A stretch of DNA of 64,000 bases, from NCBI RefSeq assembly GCF_035084215.1, contig NC_090363.1:5208001-5272000 (forward strand). Reading direction: 5' to 3'. Each line of letters opens with the position of its first letter. The stretch's first letter is position 1. This stretch comes from Heptranchias perlo (lineage: Eukaryota). This document shows, piece after piece, positions 11,865 through 24,924 of this stretch. Position numbers and translations under genes: made by a program. The notes under the pieces were generated by a model that had not been told where the DNA came from, ran no database searches, and was given only the letters and a program-made list of their open reading frames with translations.

Positions 11865-12660
11865 CAGGAACAGGAGTTGGCCATTCAGCCCCTCGAGCCT
11901 GCTCCGCCATTCAAGTGGATCACGGCTGATCTGTACCTCAACTCCATTCACCCGCCTTAGCTCCGTTTCCCTTTATATCCTTATCTAATAAATCAAGAGT
12001 GTTTGGGACACAGGGAGAACCCTTTTCTTCTTCAAGCAGTCCCAGGGTTTTTTTTTTACATCCGCCCGAACTTAAGGTCTCATCCAAAAGACGGTGTCTC
12101 ACTCAGCATTATACTAAGATGATGTGCTCAAGTCAGCAGTGGAACTTCAGCCTGCAACTTTCTGGTTAAGAAGCAAAGCAACAATGACATCGAATTTTAC
12201 AGCACAGAAACAGGCCATTCGGCCCAACAGGTTCATGATGGTGTTTATGCTCCACACAAGCCTCCTCCCACCTTATTTCATCTCACCCTATCAATTTCTA
12301 TTCCTTTCTCCCTCATGTACGTATCTAGCTTCCCCTTTAAATGCATCCTTGCTATGCGATTCAACCCTCTCATGTGGTAGCGAGTTCCACATTCCCACCA
12401 CTCTCTGGATAAAGACGTTTCTCCCGAATTCCTTACTGTATTTCTTAGTGACTATCATATATTTATGGCGCCGGGCTTTGGACTCCCCTCCACACACAAG
12501 TAGGAACATCTCCTCTACGTTGACCCGCTATCAGGTCACCTCTCAGTCTTCTCTTTTCTGGAGAAAAGAGCCCCAGCCTGTTCAATCTTTCCTGATAGTT
12601 GCACCCTTTCAATCCTGGCATCATCTTTCTAATTTTTTTTTTGCACTTTCTCTAGTGCTT
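11865..12660 (-). mobile_element. CR1 3' fragments with an interspersed SINE remnant
   Basis: RNVFIQRVVGMWNSLP peptide, GCCATTCAGCCC motif, SINE-like sequence near 12000-12180. Confidence 0.7.
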
Positions 12661-12992
12661 ATTTGATGGCGAGGGGTATTTTTCATGCAGACGTGGAGAG
12701 GATGGATTTTTTTTTTTTGCCGGACGACGCAAATGTTGAGTGTTTTTTCTCTAATGCTGCAAGAGCTAGTAGTATTAATTCTGCAGGATGTGTCGAATCT
12801 CCAGAATTAATGTGAGGTGCAGGTTTCGAAATTGGGAATTAATCACTTTATAATTCAATGAGGCATTTTTTTTTGCAAAGAGGAGGAGGAGCCAGGAAAT
12901 GGGTCGTCTCTATTGCGTCCGTCTCGAGTCTTTAAGTAGAAATGCGGCTGCGGCTTTCGCATCATGTGATCATTTCGCATCAGCCGAAAACC

Positions 12993-13469
12993 ATGCCCAA
13001 GGTGCGCAGAGCCGCTCCCGGCGTCAGCCACGCCCCGCCGAAGAAGACTCGACAGCACCGACCCTACCGGCGCCAGAGGAAGAAAGAGCTGCGGATCTCC
13101 CAGCTCATCCTGCAGGCGCTGTCGGCCCGCAAGCAGCGCGGCGGCCTCTCGCTCGCCTCCCTCAGGAAGGCGCTGCTGGCCAACGGCTACGACGCGGAGA
13201 AGAACAAGGCCCGCGTCCAGCTGGCCGTCAAGAGCCTGGTGAGCAACGGCTCGCTGGTGCAGACCAAAGGTAAAGGCGCCACGGACTCCTTCATGCTCAG
13301 CAAGAGGCAGGAGCAACAGTCGAAGGAATCCGGGGCCGGGGTCAAGGCCAAGAAGGAAACCACCGCGAGCAACGACGAGGCCAAGAATGCCGTCAAGAAT
13401 CCGAAGAAAAGACGGGCTGAGAAGAAAGCAACTCCCAGTAAAGCTAAAGCGAGAAGACCTAGGAAGTAA
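12993..13469 (+). CDS. Short divergent histone H1-like protein, 158 aa
   Basis: [75 protein letters not shown] start at 12993, stem-loop at 13508-13523. Confidence 0.9.
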   Translation: MPKVRRAAPGVSHAPPKKTRQHRPYRRQRKKELRISQLILQALSARKQRGGLSLASLRKALLANGYDAEKNKARVQLAVKSLVSNGSLVQTKGKGATDSFMLSKRQEQQSKESGAGVKAKKETTASNDEAKNAVKNPKKRRAEKKATPSKAKARRPRK

Positions 13470-13507
13470 ATTAATTGTAACAATGAACTTAAAACTCTAA
13501 ACACAAA

Positions 13508-13523
13508 GGCTCTTTTGAGAGCC
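13508..13523 (+). terminator. Histone 3' stem-loop
   Basis: GGCTCTTTTGAGAGCC. Confidence 0.9.
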
Positions 13524-13617
13524 ACAATGTCTCCAGAAAGCGTTGGACTAACCATTCAGTTTACCGCTAAATGCAGAATGAAGGTGATCAGGAAAGTTTA
13601 TGTTTTTTAATACAGAG

Positions 13618-14790
13618 GGTGAGAGTGACTGCCCTTGACATCAAGACAGCATTTGACTGAGTGTGGCACCAAGGAGCCCTAGTAAAATTAAAGTCAATGG
13701 GAAGCGGGGGGAAATCTCTCGAGTGGCTGGAGTCATACCTAGCACAAAGGAAGATGGTAGTGGTTGTTGGAGGACAATCATCTCAGCCCCAGGACATTGC
13801 TGCAGGAGTTCCTCAGGGCAGTGTCCTAGGCCCAACCATCTTCAGCTGCTTCATCAATTAACATCCCTCCATCATAAGGTCAGAAATGGGGATGTTCGCT
13901 GATGATTTCACAGTGTTCAGTTCCATTCGCAACCCCTCAGATAATGAAGCAGCCTGTGCCTGCATGCAGCAAGACCTGGACAACATCCAGGCTTGGGCTG
14001 ATAAATGGCAAGTAACATTCATGCCAGACAAGTGCCAGGCAATGGCCATCTCCAACAAGAGAGAATCTAACCACCTCCCCTTGACATTCAACAGCATTAC
14101 CATCGCCGAATCTCCCACCATCAACATCCTGGGGGTCACCATTGACCAGAAACTTAACTGGACCAGCCATATAAATACTGTGGCTACAAGGGCAGGTCAG
14201 AGGCTGGGTATTCTGCAGTGAGTGACTCACCTCCTGACTCCCCAAAGCCTTTCCACCATCTACAAGGCACAAGTCAGGAGTGTGATGGAATATTCTCCAA
14301 TTGCCTGGATGAGTGCAGCTCCAACAATACTCAAGAAGCTCGACACCATCCAGGACAAAGCAGCCGGCTTGATTGGCACCTCATCCACCACTCTAAATAT
14401 TCACTCCCTTCACCACCGGCACACAGTGGCTGCAGTGTGTACCATCTATAGGATGCACTGCAGCAACTCGCAAAGGCTTCTTCGACAGCACCTCCCAAAC
14501 CCGCCACCTCTACCATCTAGAAGGACAAGGGCATCAGGCATATGGGAACAACATCACCTGCACGTTCCCCTCCAAGTCACACACCGTCCTGACTTGGAAA
14601 TATATCGCCGTTCCTTCATCGTCACTGGGTCAAAATCCTGGAACTCCCTTCCTAACAGCTCTTTGGGAGAACCTTCACCACACGGACTGCAGTGGTTCAA
14701 GAATGAGGCTCACCACCACCTTCTCGAGGGCAATTAGGGATGGGCAATAAATGCTGGCGTTGCCAGCGAAACCCACATCGCATGAACAAT
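13618..14790 (+). mobile_element. LINE family A, 5'-truncated
   Basis: RT motifs (PQGSVLGP, FADD), the C-terminal domain and the family 3' end. Confidence 0.92.
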
Positions 14791-14879
14791 TTTTTAAAAA
14801 GTAAATATATAGATATCTTCAAAACGTTTGACAGGGTATGGCACCAGGCAATCAAATTACCAATGATATGGTTTAGAAG

Positions 14880-15210
14880 GGTTTTGATAGAGTAAATAAG
14901 AAGAATCTTTCTAGTGGCAGAAGGTTGGTAACCAAAAGACAAATTTTTAAGGTAATTGGCAAAAGAACGAGAGGGGGAGATGAGAATTTTTTTACACAGC
15001 ACGTTGTTATGATTTTGAATGAACTGCCTGAAAGGATGGTGGAAGCAGATGCAATAGTAACTTTCAAAAGAGAATTGGATAAATACTTGAAAAGGAAAAA
15101 TTTGCAGGGCTATGGGGAAAGCAGGAGAGTGGGACTAATTGGATAACTCTTTCAAAGAGCCGGCATAGGTTTGATGGGCCGAATGGCCACCTTCTGTGCT
15201 GTATGATTCT
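14880..15210 (+). mobile_element. CR1 3' fragment
   Basis: NFFTQHVVMILNELPE..FKRELDKYL and GGGCCGAATGGCC. Confidence 0.8.
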
Positions 15211-16094
15211 ACCAAAGCTATGTTTATAGTTATCTACTTTCTTCTCAAATCACTATCTATACTGTATGTAGCAATGCTTCCTCTGCCACAATCTCAGGGG
15301 TTTGCCATCACTCACTTCACAGCAACAACCTCCTTCACTCATACACATCTTAACCAGATTCATCCCTTTTCACTTTATGTTCCTCAAATTTCTTTACACT
15401 CTGTGGACACAACCTCCATTTCTCATGTTGTGTAATGTCGGGGTTCTTAATCCCTTGCTCACCCTCTGATGGAGAAATTAGAATCTATCTTTCATTTCAG
15501 GGAACAGTTTCTTCACGTCTCTCCATCTTTGAGTGACCGCAATCATCATCTTTTAGATGATGCCAAAGGTTTTGAAGATGTCCAAGGCAGAGTTCGAAAG
15601 CATCTAGTTTCATGTTGTCTGCCATGGCTAAATGATGCCCCGAGAGGGTTATTCCATAATTTTGGCACTAATGCAGAATCAAGATTTGACAGAGGTGCAG
15701 AAAGTGTGCTCCACCCTGTTTGTCAATGACGATTATATATTGTTTGCCTGGAGATACAAGAATTTGCACTGCACCAGTCTGAAAATGCCCGCCTAGACGT
15801 ACTGTTCACAGTTCGACCTAATCCTTTATCTATTGACACTCTTGGCCTCATAGTCCCAAATACCCAGCATCTGAATTGTTAAAGCCATCTTTCCGATACT
15901 TGGCCAGTCACCACAGCCCCAGGACGTAATTGCAGGAAATATCTTCAGCATTTATCAATGGCCTTCCCTCCATTACAAGGTCAGGTGTGGGGCAGTTCAG
16001 GATTCAAGCCTGTTAGCAAGTCCTACGATAATGAAAGAGCCTGTGCAAACCCACAGTGGGATCTGGATAACATCCAGGCTCGGGCTGACAATTT

Positions 16095-16385
16095 AGGAAC
16101 ATAGGAACAGGAGTAGACCATTTAGCCCCTCGACCCTATTCCGCCATTCAATGACATCGTGCCTGATCTGTATCTTAACTTCATTTACTCTCCTTGGTGT
16201 CGCAACCCTTAATACCCTTTGCCTAACAAAAATCTTGCAATCTCAGTTTTGACATTTTCAATTGACCCCCAGCCTCAACAGCTTTTTGGGGGAGAGAGTT
16301 CCAGATTTCCACCACCTTTTGTGTGAAGAAGTTCTTCCTAACATCACCCCTGAACGGCCTGGCTCTAATTTTAAGTTTATACCCT
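16095..16385 (-). mobile_element. CR1 3' fragment
   Basis: GGAACATAGGAACAGGAG tail. Homologous to the copies at 24925 and 59880. Confidence 0.75.
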
Positions 16386-16663
16386 AGGCTTGAACTCTCT
16401 CAAATGGAATTTCCGTGATTCAAGCAAAACCATCTCAATGCCAGGGCCACTGGATTCAAAACTCCTTAGTAAAAGGATTGTTATAGTCATGCAGAACGTA
16501 ATACAATCATTGTATATTAAAGGGTAGTCTTGCACCCATTATGCGCCTTTAAGTCACCCAGAAGTAACTCACTATGAATCACTTTGCTGTAGTGTGACAC
16601 AGGCAAATGTTTTAGGCGTTATAAATAAGGGCGATTAATAGCTCAATCTTGTTTCTGTTTGGT

Positions 16664-16679
16664 GGCTCTGAAAAGAGCC
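16664..16679 (-). terminator. Histone 3' stem-loop
   Basis: Reverse complement reads GGCTCTTTTCAGAGCC followed by ACCA. Confidence 0.95.
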
Positions 16680-16733
16680 GTTGTATAGAGAACTTTTCAA
16701 CGATGTTATTAAACCAGCAAGAGCAATTTCCCT

Positions 16734-17537
16734 TTACCACCGCCTAAAACCAATGGTCCGCGGACGCCCCGCCGGCCGTTTTGATTTGGTGGCCGGAGGC
16801 CGCCCACGGTAGGTTTTGGCCCCCTTCCTGCCTCTCACGGGCTTGTATTTCCGATAGATCCGCACCGCCCTGCCCTTGGCGGCTTTGGGCTTGAGGCGGA
16901 TGCGCACGGTCCTAGGAGTGGCCCGCCGTGCGGCGAATTTCGGCTTGCGGCGGGTTTGCGCCGCTTTCCTGGGCTTCGCCACTTTGCGTTTGGACGTGTA
17001 TCTCCTCTTGGTCTGGGGCGATTTCCTGGAGGGCGCCGGGGTGAGTTTCCGGGTTGCAATTTTCTTCTTGGCGGTGTCTTTCTTTTCCCTTTCACGTTTG
17101 GGCGCCGCCGCCGCGGTGTCCGGGTGGGTCTTGGACCTGTTGAACCTGAAGGAGCCCGCGGCCCCGACGCCCGCGGTCTGCACCAGCGAGCCCTTCTTCA
17201 CCAGCTGCTTGACGGTCTGGTTGACGCGGGTGTTGTTGCGGGACACGTCGTAGCCCTTGGCCGACAGAGCCTTCTTGAGGGCGGCCAGCGAGATGCCGCG
17301 CCGCTCCTTGGTGGCCGCCGCCACCTGCAGGATCCGCTGGGTCACCGTGGGGCCCGTCTTCTTGCGGTTCCGGGGAGGCCGGTGCTGTTGCTGCTGCTGT
17401 TGTTGCTGCTGCTGCTGCTGTTGCTGTTTCTTCTTCTTGGCCGTCGCCGCTGCCTTGTCGGGCGCCGTTCGGGCCTGGGGCGGGGTGGCGCCGCCCGAAT
17501 CTCCGGCATCGTCTGCCTTTGGATCGCTATCCGCCAT
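16734..17537 (-). CDS. Long Arg/Lys-rich H1-derived (PL-like) protein with a poly-Q tract, 267 aa
   Basis: ACCATGG start at 17537. Winged helix TQRILQVAAATKERRGISLAALKKALSAKGYDVSRNNTRVNQTVKQLVKKGSLVQTAGVGAAGSFRFN. Q14 in the N-tail; stem-loop at 16664-16679. Confidence 0.92.
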   Translation of the reverse strand: MADSDPKADDAGDSGGATPPQARTAPDKAAATAKKKKQQQQQQQQQQQQQQHRPPRNRKKTGPTVTQRILQVAAATKERRGISLAALKKALSAKGYDVSRNNTRVNQTVKQLVKKGSLVQTAGVGAAGSFRFNRSKTHPDTAAAAPKREREKKDTAKKKIATRKLTPAPSRKSPQTKRRYTSKRKVAKPRKAAQTRRKPKFAARRATPRTVRIRLKPKAAKGRAVRIYRKYKPVRGRKGAKTYRGRPPATKSKRPAGRPRTIGFRRW

Positions 17538-20509
17538 GGTCAGCTCGGGGTTGCCGGGCCCCCGGGGCAGTTCTTTCTCTCTCTCTCTCTCCCTGTCCCA
17601 GTCTCGCACCAAACGCGGCTGAGACTAAAGGGCAGCGACCGCGGAGGAGCCGCTTTTATCGATCGAAGGCGGACGGACTGGAACCAACCCGCCGCCCGCC
17701 TCCTCTCCCCCTCAGCCTCCCTTTCTCCTTTTGTGTTTCTCCCTTTTGCAAAACCCCCTTATTCCTGCAAAACCAACCCGCTCCGACCCCATAAACCAGG
17801 GCCATTCCAACGCATCAGCTACAAACTTTCTAAAGGCAACCACGTTTTGCACAAACGGTCAGTTAAAAGCGACAGAATTTCCAAACGCGAAGCAAAATCA
17901 ACCTAGTCTTATTGGGTTTTATCCCTTCCTTTTTTGAAATGAATCAGCAATTTTGAGGCTTTTTGAAAAGGAAAAGTTTGGTCCAAAGCAGAGTTCTTAA
18001 AAGTAAAAGTTTCCGAAAGAAAACGTTATCTTACAGTTTACGTTGCTTTTAAATACCTTCATAAATCTGGCCACAATAACACAGGTCATCCAAAAATTGG
18101 GACACACAAATTAAGCCAATGGGATCGCTTGGTTTAATAAATGTCTGCGTTGGGGTTTTTGATCCCAAGAATGGGATGCACTATTTTGAAATGAATTTGC
18201 GTTTCTTATTTTCGTGATAAAATACAGGGTACTCATAAAATGCCAACATTTTTAAAACTTCGTTTAAAATACTCTTCTATATGAACTCTTTTTGAAGGGG
18301 GAAGGAAACTTGAAATTGAATTTCTTGTTCAGAATTGGTGTAAGCCATTTTCGTTGTAAATACAAACTTTAGTTATTAATTACACAAACTTTTCAATCAA
18401 TAGGCCATCGTATATTATTTTAATACAGGTCTCCGGCTGTGCTACTTAGAGTAGTGGTGATATCTTTATCTACGGTCCAATTGCATCTTTCAGCATTCAG
18501 CTCTCACCTACTGGTGCAAGTATCTGACAGACGAAACCAGATGAAGAGGTAAATATGGAAGAAAGTTCGTTGTCAAGCGCATAATATTACAGTACCGAAT
18601 CCAACAGGTGAAGTTCCCTCTTCTTACTTCAATAGTTGTGAAGATATTGTAGCGAGGTGTTGCAGAGAACACAAGACAGTTGCTCAAGCACATAAGATGT
18701 CGATGAATATCTACTGCAGCCAAACATGTTTCTAGTCATCCTGGCTCTATCTTATTACTGGAACTTGACATATGACAATAATGTATTTTCCTTCTCTTAT
18801 CTTCCTTACTAATAATCACCTGCAGGTTCTTGATTCAATGGGGTCCTGTGAGTCATCCAGGTGTTTGACATATATGGAAAACCATCACTATAGGGGGTAA
18901 TTTTAACCTAACCCGCCCGCCGGGAAACTGACAGGATCAGGTGTAACGTTGGTTTTACACCGTGCCGGATTCTACCCTCCATTGAAGTCAATGGAAGCAC
19001 AATTTTAGCTATGGGTTTCTTCATTAGACTTTATCAGAATAAAACAGATCAACAGACGGTTGATCTTAAGGAAAGAATTTGGCACATTATAAAATACCTG
19101 GACGTGCATTGTAATAAATCTTAGGGCTACATCTTCCAGGCATATTATACATGGGGCAGGTGTAAATCCACATCAAGTGATGCACTTCAACACATAGGTC
19201 TTGATAGCCTGAGATGTTCCTGGTTCCTGGAGTACTTTGATATCCACTTGGGTTATCCCAAGTTATAGACCAGACTTCAAGAAAAAAAACGGGGCTGAAA
19301 ATGTAGCATTCTTGTTGCGTGAGTATTTGACTGAGTGCCCAAAGCTTTTATAACAGAATTCGCGTTCTTAGTTTATTCCGCTGGCTCAATTTTCAAGATA
19401 CTTACGTGGCCATATTAGTATTCGACTCTTGCCGCTGTTTCCCTCAGTGTTACAAAGCGTTTAGACTTTTTTTGTCAATTGAATGTAATTTCGTTTCTGT
19501 TAGCGAAATTTTGACAAAACTGGTCATGTTTATAGTCTTCAATGAGCTTATTGGTGCTGTCAGTTATAGTTTCAATTATTTAAATCCAATGGGGGGTGCG
19601 GGGGAACATTAAATTCGAACTAATCCAGATTTGGAAACGGCTGTCACTTTAAGCGAGTTTCTCATTTCTCGAAAGTAAGAAACAAAGGAGTATGGTGCTA
19701 ATTCTAATAGGACAGCTACGGCTGCGGTAAATCGCCAAATGCAACAACGATTCTGAGTTATGTGGGATATTAGGATATTCAGAAGAAAGGGGCACAGAAA
19801 TATACGGAGAAAACAATTGGTCAAATGAACTGTGGGTGATATTTAACACAGAGAAATGTAATGCAAAATACACCGATGCTAGAACATTAGGTAGAATTTA
19901 TATTGTTAAATTAGGCGGATGATTTAAGTGGCGTAGCAGTTCACCAAACATTACAAGAAGGATCACAATATAGAATTTTTTAAAATATTGTTAAAGAGAA
20001 TGAATAGATCAATATAATATGCCCAAGGAAGTGATTGGATATCTCATGAAACAGCTAAAAGAACATATGTATTTTACATTCCTTTCTGCTAACATAAATT
20101 AAGTGAAGACGCAATCTGAGTTTCCGATAATATTATAATAATGGCTAGCTAATTGTTGGAACTCACAACATCAGTAATGTTTCACAATAACAGTGTGAAG
20201 CAGAAGGCACGATTTTGTACATTAGAATTAACCTTAAGTGTTCTAAACAGAAGACATTTATGAATATTTAATTGGGAAAGCGGAGATTTCGCTCTAATTA
20301 ACTATGACAGGTGGGAAATTTTCAAAGTTTGGAAACAAGTGTTGTATTTAGCGATATGGCTCACCTCAGTACCGTAGACTTGTTTTTTTGTTCTCGATGA
20401 TATGATATTATTAAGCACATCACAATCTGTAAAAAACATCAAAACAGATGTTTTGAGGGTCTAAAGTGCTCTATCCAAGAAATAGACATGTTTTTAAAGT
20501 TGAGCGTTT

Positions 20510-21025
20510 TGATGTATTTTTAAAATTCTCATCCCTAGTTCCAAATCCTTCCATGGCCTCCCTATCTCTATAACCCCCTCCACCCTCCGAGATCTCTGCG
20601 CTCCTCCAATTCTGGCCTCTTGTGCACCCCCGATTTTAATCGTTCCACCAATGGCGGCCGTGCCTTTCACTACCTGAGCCTTAAGCTCTGGAATTCTCTT
20701 CCCAAACCTCTCCGCCTCTCTACCTCCTTTAAGACGCTCCTTAAAACCTACTTCTTTTACCAAACTTTTGGTCACCTGTCCTAACATCTTCTTACGAAGG
20801 AAAAAGAAATACAAGGATATGCTGATAAATGAAGTAGGGAGGAAGGAGGCTCGTGTGGAGCATAAACGCCGGCATAGACCAGTTGGGCCGAATCGCCTGT
20901 TACTGTGCTGTAGACTCAATGTAACTTATGCGGCTCAATATGAAAATTTGTTTGATAATCGCTCCTGTGAAGCGCCTTGGGATGTTTTACTACGTTAAAG
21001 GTGCTATATAAATGCACGTTGTTAT
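20510..21025 (+). mobile_element. L2 3' fragment with a nested CR1 3' end (about 20795-20930)
   Basis: Homologous to 44370-44825 and interrupted by a GGGCCGAAT-containing CR1 tail. Confidence 0.75.
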
Positions 21026-21734
21026 ATTTAAAGTTACAAAATTGGGGAAGGATAATTACATTACGTTCTAAAATGATGCATATTTGGATAGAGCAATGAA
21101 GACCGGCCGTTGTCCAACTGTCCTGATTTCAATACTATAAAGGTGAATTCATCTTAATGGTGCAGAGTGATGTTTTAGACAAAAAACAATTGGTTCATCC
21201 AGCCTACCCTACCAACAACATATATAGCGCCTTTAACGTAGTAAAACCTCCCAAGGCGCTTCTAAATCTCATATCAGTTTCCATACCGTCAATTTGGAAC
21301 TAACAGTCCTGTATCTTCCTTTGAATCGGTAATGTCCGTTCACTACTGTTCTGATTTCAATATTAAGCTATGAATTACGAGGCCGAATTGTGTTCTTGTG
21401 CCAATAGTAGGCAAGGCATCTAAACGTGCACAATTCCAATGAAAAATATTCCAGATATACGTTAACCATTTTAATTTTGCAGCAGAGTGCCAATTACACG
21501 CTTAATGTTACAGGTCTCTATTATAATCTGACAAATAAAGGAGTACAATTTTAAATCAATGGCTACACTATGCGGTCAGTGTGATTGCTCAGTCATTTAC
21601 CAAACTTGCATTTAGCTCAATTTGGGTCTAATTTGTTTGGCATCAACAGGAACTTTGGCCTTCGAAATGATAGACATGTATAATTTCAAGATAAGTGATG
21701 TGCGCGAAATTAAGAACTACTTTCTAAAAGAGAG

Positions 21735-21824
21735 AAACACAAGCCCGGTGGGCAGAGGGAGCAGGGGGCGTGGTCGAGCGGCAGGCTGACTCTACCTCGT
21801 CCGCTTTTTGCCTTTATATAAAAC
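21735..21824 (+). promoter_or_regulatory. H1-type promoter: AC box, GC box, TATA
   Basis: AAACACA at 21735-21741 (H1-specific AC box), GGGGGCGTGG near 21764, TATATAAAA near 21816. Confidence 0.8.
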
Positions 21825-21881
21825 GTCGCCGCTGCGGCTCCGCCACATCTTTAGGTGGCGTCTTGTAGCTGATTGAGCGTA

Positions 21882-22481
21882 ATGGCTGATACAGTTCCTG
21901 CGAAAGCAGATGTCCCCGCACCTCCCGTTCCCACCTTTCCACTTTCCGCCGCCCCAGCCCCGGCCGTGCCCCCGTTAGCCACCAAGAAGAAGGCCGCTTA
22001 TCGGCCGCAGAAAGGCGGTGCCGCGGTGGCCGAGCAGATCCTGGAGGCGGTGGCCGCCACCAAGGAGCGCCAGGCTGCCAAACTGGGCGCCGTGAAGAAA
22101 ACCATCTCGGCCCCCGGCTACGAGGTAGAGAAGAGCGGCGTTCGGCCCAACCAGTCGGCCAGCACCCTGGCCAACAAGGGCTCCCCGGTGGAGACCGGCG
22201 CCGGCCCGTCCTCGGCCTCCCTCAACCTCAATCAGGAGGAGGAAGAGGAGGAGGAGGTCGAGGACGGGACCAAAGGAGGCGCCAAGAGGAAACGACGAGC
22301 CAAGAAACCGGCTAAGAAGAGAGCGGCGGCCGAGGCTAAACTTGCTGCAAACAAACGCGCCAAGAGGTCGGCGCCCAAGAGCCCCCGGAAGGGGAGAGTG
22401 GCCAAGGCGAGAAAAACACCCACGCGCCCCGCAGCACCCGGGGCCCTGGGGCGTAAGCGTCGGGCCCCGAAGAGGAGGTAG
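21882..22481 (+). CDS. H1-derived protein with a degenerate globular domain and poly-Glu linker, 199 aa (copy 1)
   Basis: AEQILEAVAATKER..KKTISAPGYEVEK is recognisable. QEEEEEEEVED is followed by a K/R tail. H1 promoter upstream, stem-loop at 22517-22532, paralog at 53251-53859. Confidence 0.85.
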   Translation: MADTVPAKADVPAPPVPTFPLSAAPAPAVPPLATKKKAAYRPQKGGAAVAEQILEAVAATKERQAAKLGAVKKTISAPGYEVEKSGVRPNQSASTLANKGSPVETGAGPSSASLNLNQEEEEEEEVEDGTKGGAKRKRRAKKPAKKRAAAEAKLAANKRAKRSAPKSPRKGRVAKARKTPTRPAAPGALGRKRRAPKRR

Positions 22482-22516
22482 ACGGGACAGGAGCGGCAAA
22501 CCATCTAAACCCAAAA

Positions 22517-22532
22517 GGCTCTTTTCAGAGCC
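22517..22532 (+). terminator. Histone 3' stem-loop
   Basis: CCAAAA-GGCTCTTTTCAGAGCC-ACCCA, with AAAAGGAGCT downstream. Confidence 0.95.
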
Positions 22533-22917
22533 ACCCACATATTTCTAATAAAAGGAGCTAAAGAACTTGAGGGCAATTTTCACAGCAATGCTGTAAAGTA
22601 CACTTAACACCTCCAAAATTGTATTTCCATTAAAATCAAACAGTTTGACCACAACCTGCTGACCAAAAAAAAATCTAATTTGAATAAGTGAAGCGGAATG
22701 TATCAATTTTCTGTGCTGGGAGTTTTATTTGACACATTGAAACATTGACAAAGTTTACAGAAGTTACTTGAATAATGGGAAATCTCAACCCTAATCTGCC
22801 AGTGCACAGATCCCAACTTCTCATTGGTCCAATTCGTTTTAGCACGTTTAGCCAATCATAAAGCTGTTTTTCAATTCCCCGAAAAGGTATAAAAGCAGCA
22901 GCTGAAACCAGCGTTGA

Positions 22918-23346
<429 letters not shown>

Positions 23347-23387
23347 AACGACAAAAGAAAGAAAAAGTCACTCAAACAAACCACAAA

Positions 23388-23403
23388 GGCTCTTTTAAGA
23401 GCC
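23388..23403 (+). terminator. Histone 3' stem-loop
   Basis: GGCTCTTTTAAGAGCC. Confidence 0.93.
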
Positions 23404-23950
23404 ACTCACTCACTTTCTTAAGAGCTGAACCCGGGTTATTCGCAATAGCTTTGATACAGGTTTTCTGAATGTGAGCACGACGGCTGGTCCTGCTTTTGAA
23501 CTTGGAGAATTCAGCCTCTCGAACCTGTTCCATTCGCCAGGTTGCATCTTCACCAGAATTTCATTAGGTTTTTAAAGGGATTTGATATGGTAGAGACAGA
23601 GAAACAATTTCCTCTGATGGGAGAATACAGAACAAGGGGGCACAATCTTAAAATTGTGTTATTGTGCCAATAGGAGTGAAAGCTTCATCAAATTGAAATC
23701 AGGAGGTGCTTTTTCACAGAAAAGGGTAGTGTAAATCTGGAATTCCCTCCCCCAAAAAGGCTGGGGGGGGGGGATCAAATTTTGCAAAATTGCTCGTCTT
23801 GAAAGCGGCACCCGCAGCCTTTTCGGGGTGGCTCGTTGACGGGAGTCAAGACCGACTGGCGGAATTTTAAAGCTTAGTTGCAGTGTTGTAAGAAATGCCC
23901 TTTAGCCCACTTCGTATTTTAAAATCACAGCATTTTTAACAGATTTAAGT

Positions 23951-23966
23951 GGCTCTTAAAAGAGCC
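23951..23966 (-). terminator. Histone 3' stem-loop of H3
   Basis: Reverse complement reads GGCTCTTTTAAGAGCC. Confidence 0.93.
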
Positions 23967-24015
23967 TTTTGCTATTTTTACCAGCTTAGACAAAAAAACA
24001 CTGCAGCAGAAAATT

Positions 24016-24459
<444 letters not shown>

Positions 24460-24564
24460 TCACCGTCAGCGGACTCGCACTGTCGCTGCTGAGACTTTTA
24501 TAGCATAAGCCGTCCCTATGGTTCATTCTTATTGGCTGGATACTCTGGAGCTAAGGGACTCCAA

Positions 24565-24870
24565 CTTTTTTTTTCGGAATAACGCTTTTTTTTCGTGTTT
24601 TAGGCCCCCCCTTTTTTTTAAAGAAGTGGGGGGGGGGTGGTTAGGGTGTGTTCATGTCCAAAAAAACCAATAAACCCAAAATAAGTGTCAAATTTAAATT
24701 TTATTATATCCATCCAGGATGCACTCCAGCCCCTGCGGTGCCCACCGGTCCCTGAAAGCCTCAAGCGTACCGGCAGACGCCGCGTGCTCCCTCTCCAGGG
24801 CCACCCGGGCGCGGAGAATGCCGCGGAAGAGAGGCGGACAGTCCGAGCGACCGCCCCCACGGGCCGAGCC
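24565..24870 (-). mobile_element. L1/Tx1-clade retrotransposon 3' end
   Basis: Minus frame reads DCPPLFRGILRARVALEREHAASAGTLEAFRDRWAPQGLECIL, resembling a Tx1-type ORF2 C-terminus, then AATAAA and A-rich runs. Repeated at 30910 and 37741. Confidence 0.65.
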
Positions 24871-24924
24871 TAACCTGGACCTGTGGATACCTCAGCTTGA
24901 TTGAAGTCGTTTTCACTCCTCTCG

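Noticed and set aside
17257-17622. Poly-cysteine ORF suggesting a Cys-rich keratinous protamine
   Set aside because: It is the antisense reading of the CAG/CAA poly-Q tract. The stem-loop and H1 domain are on the minus strand.
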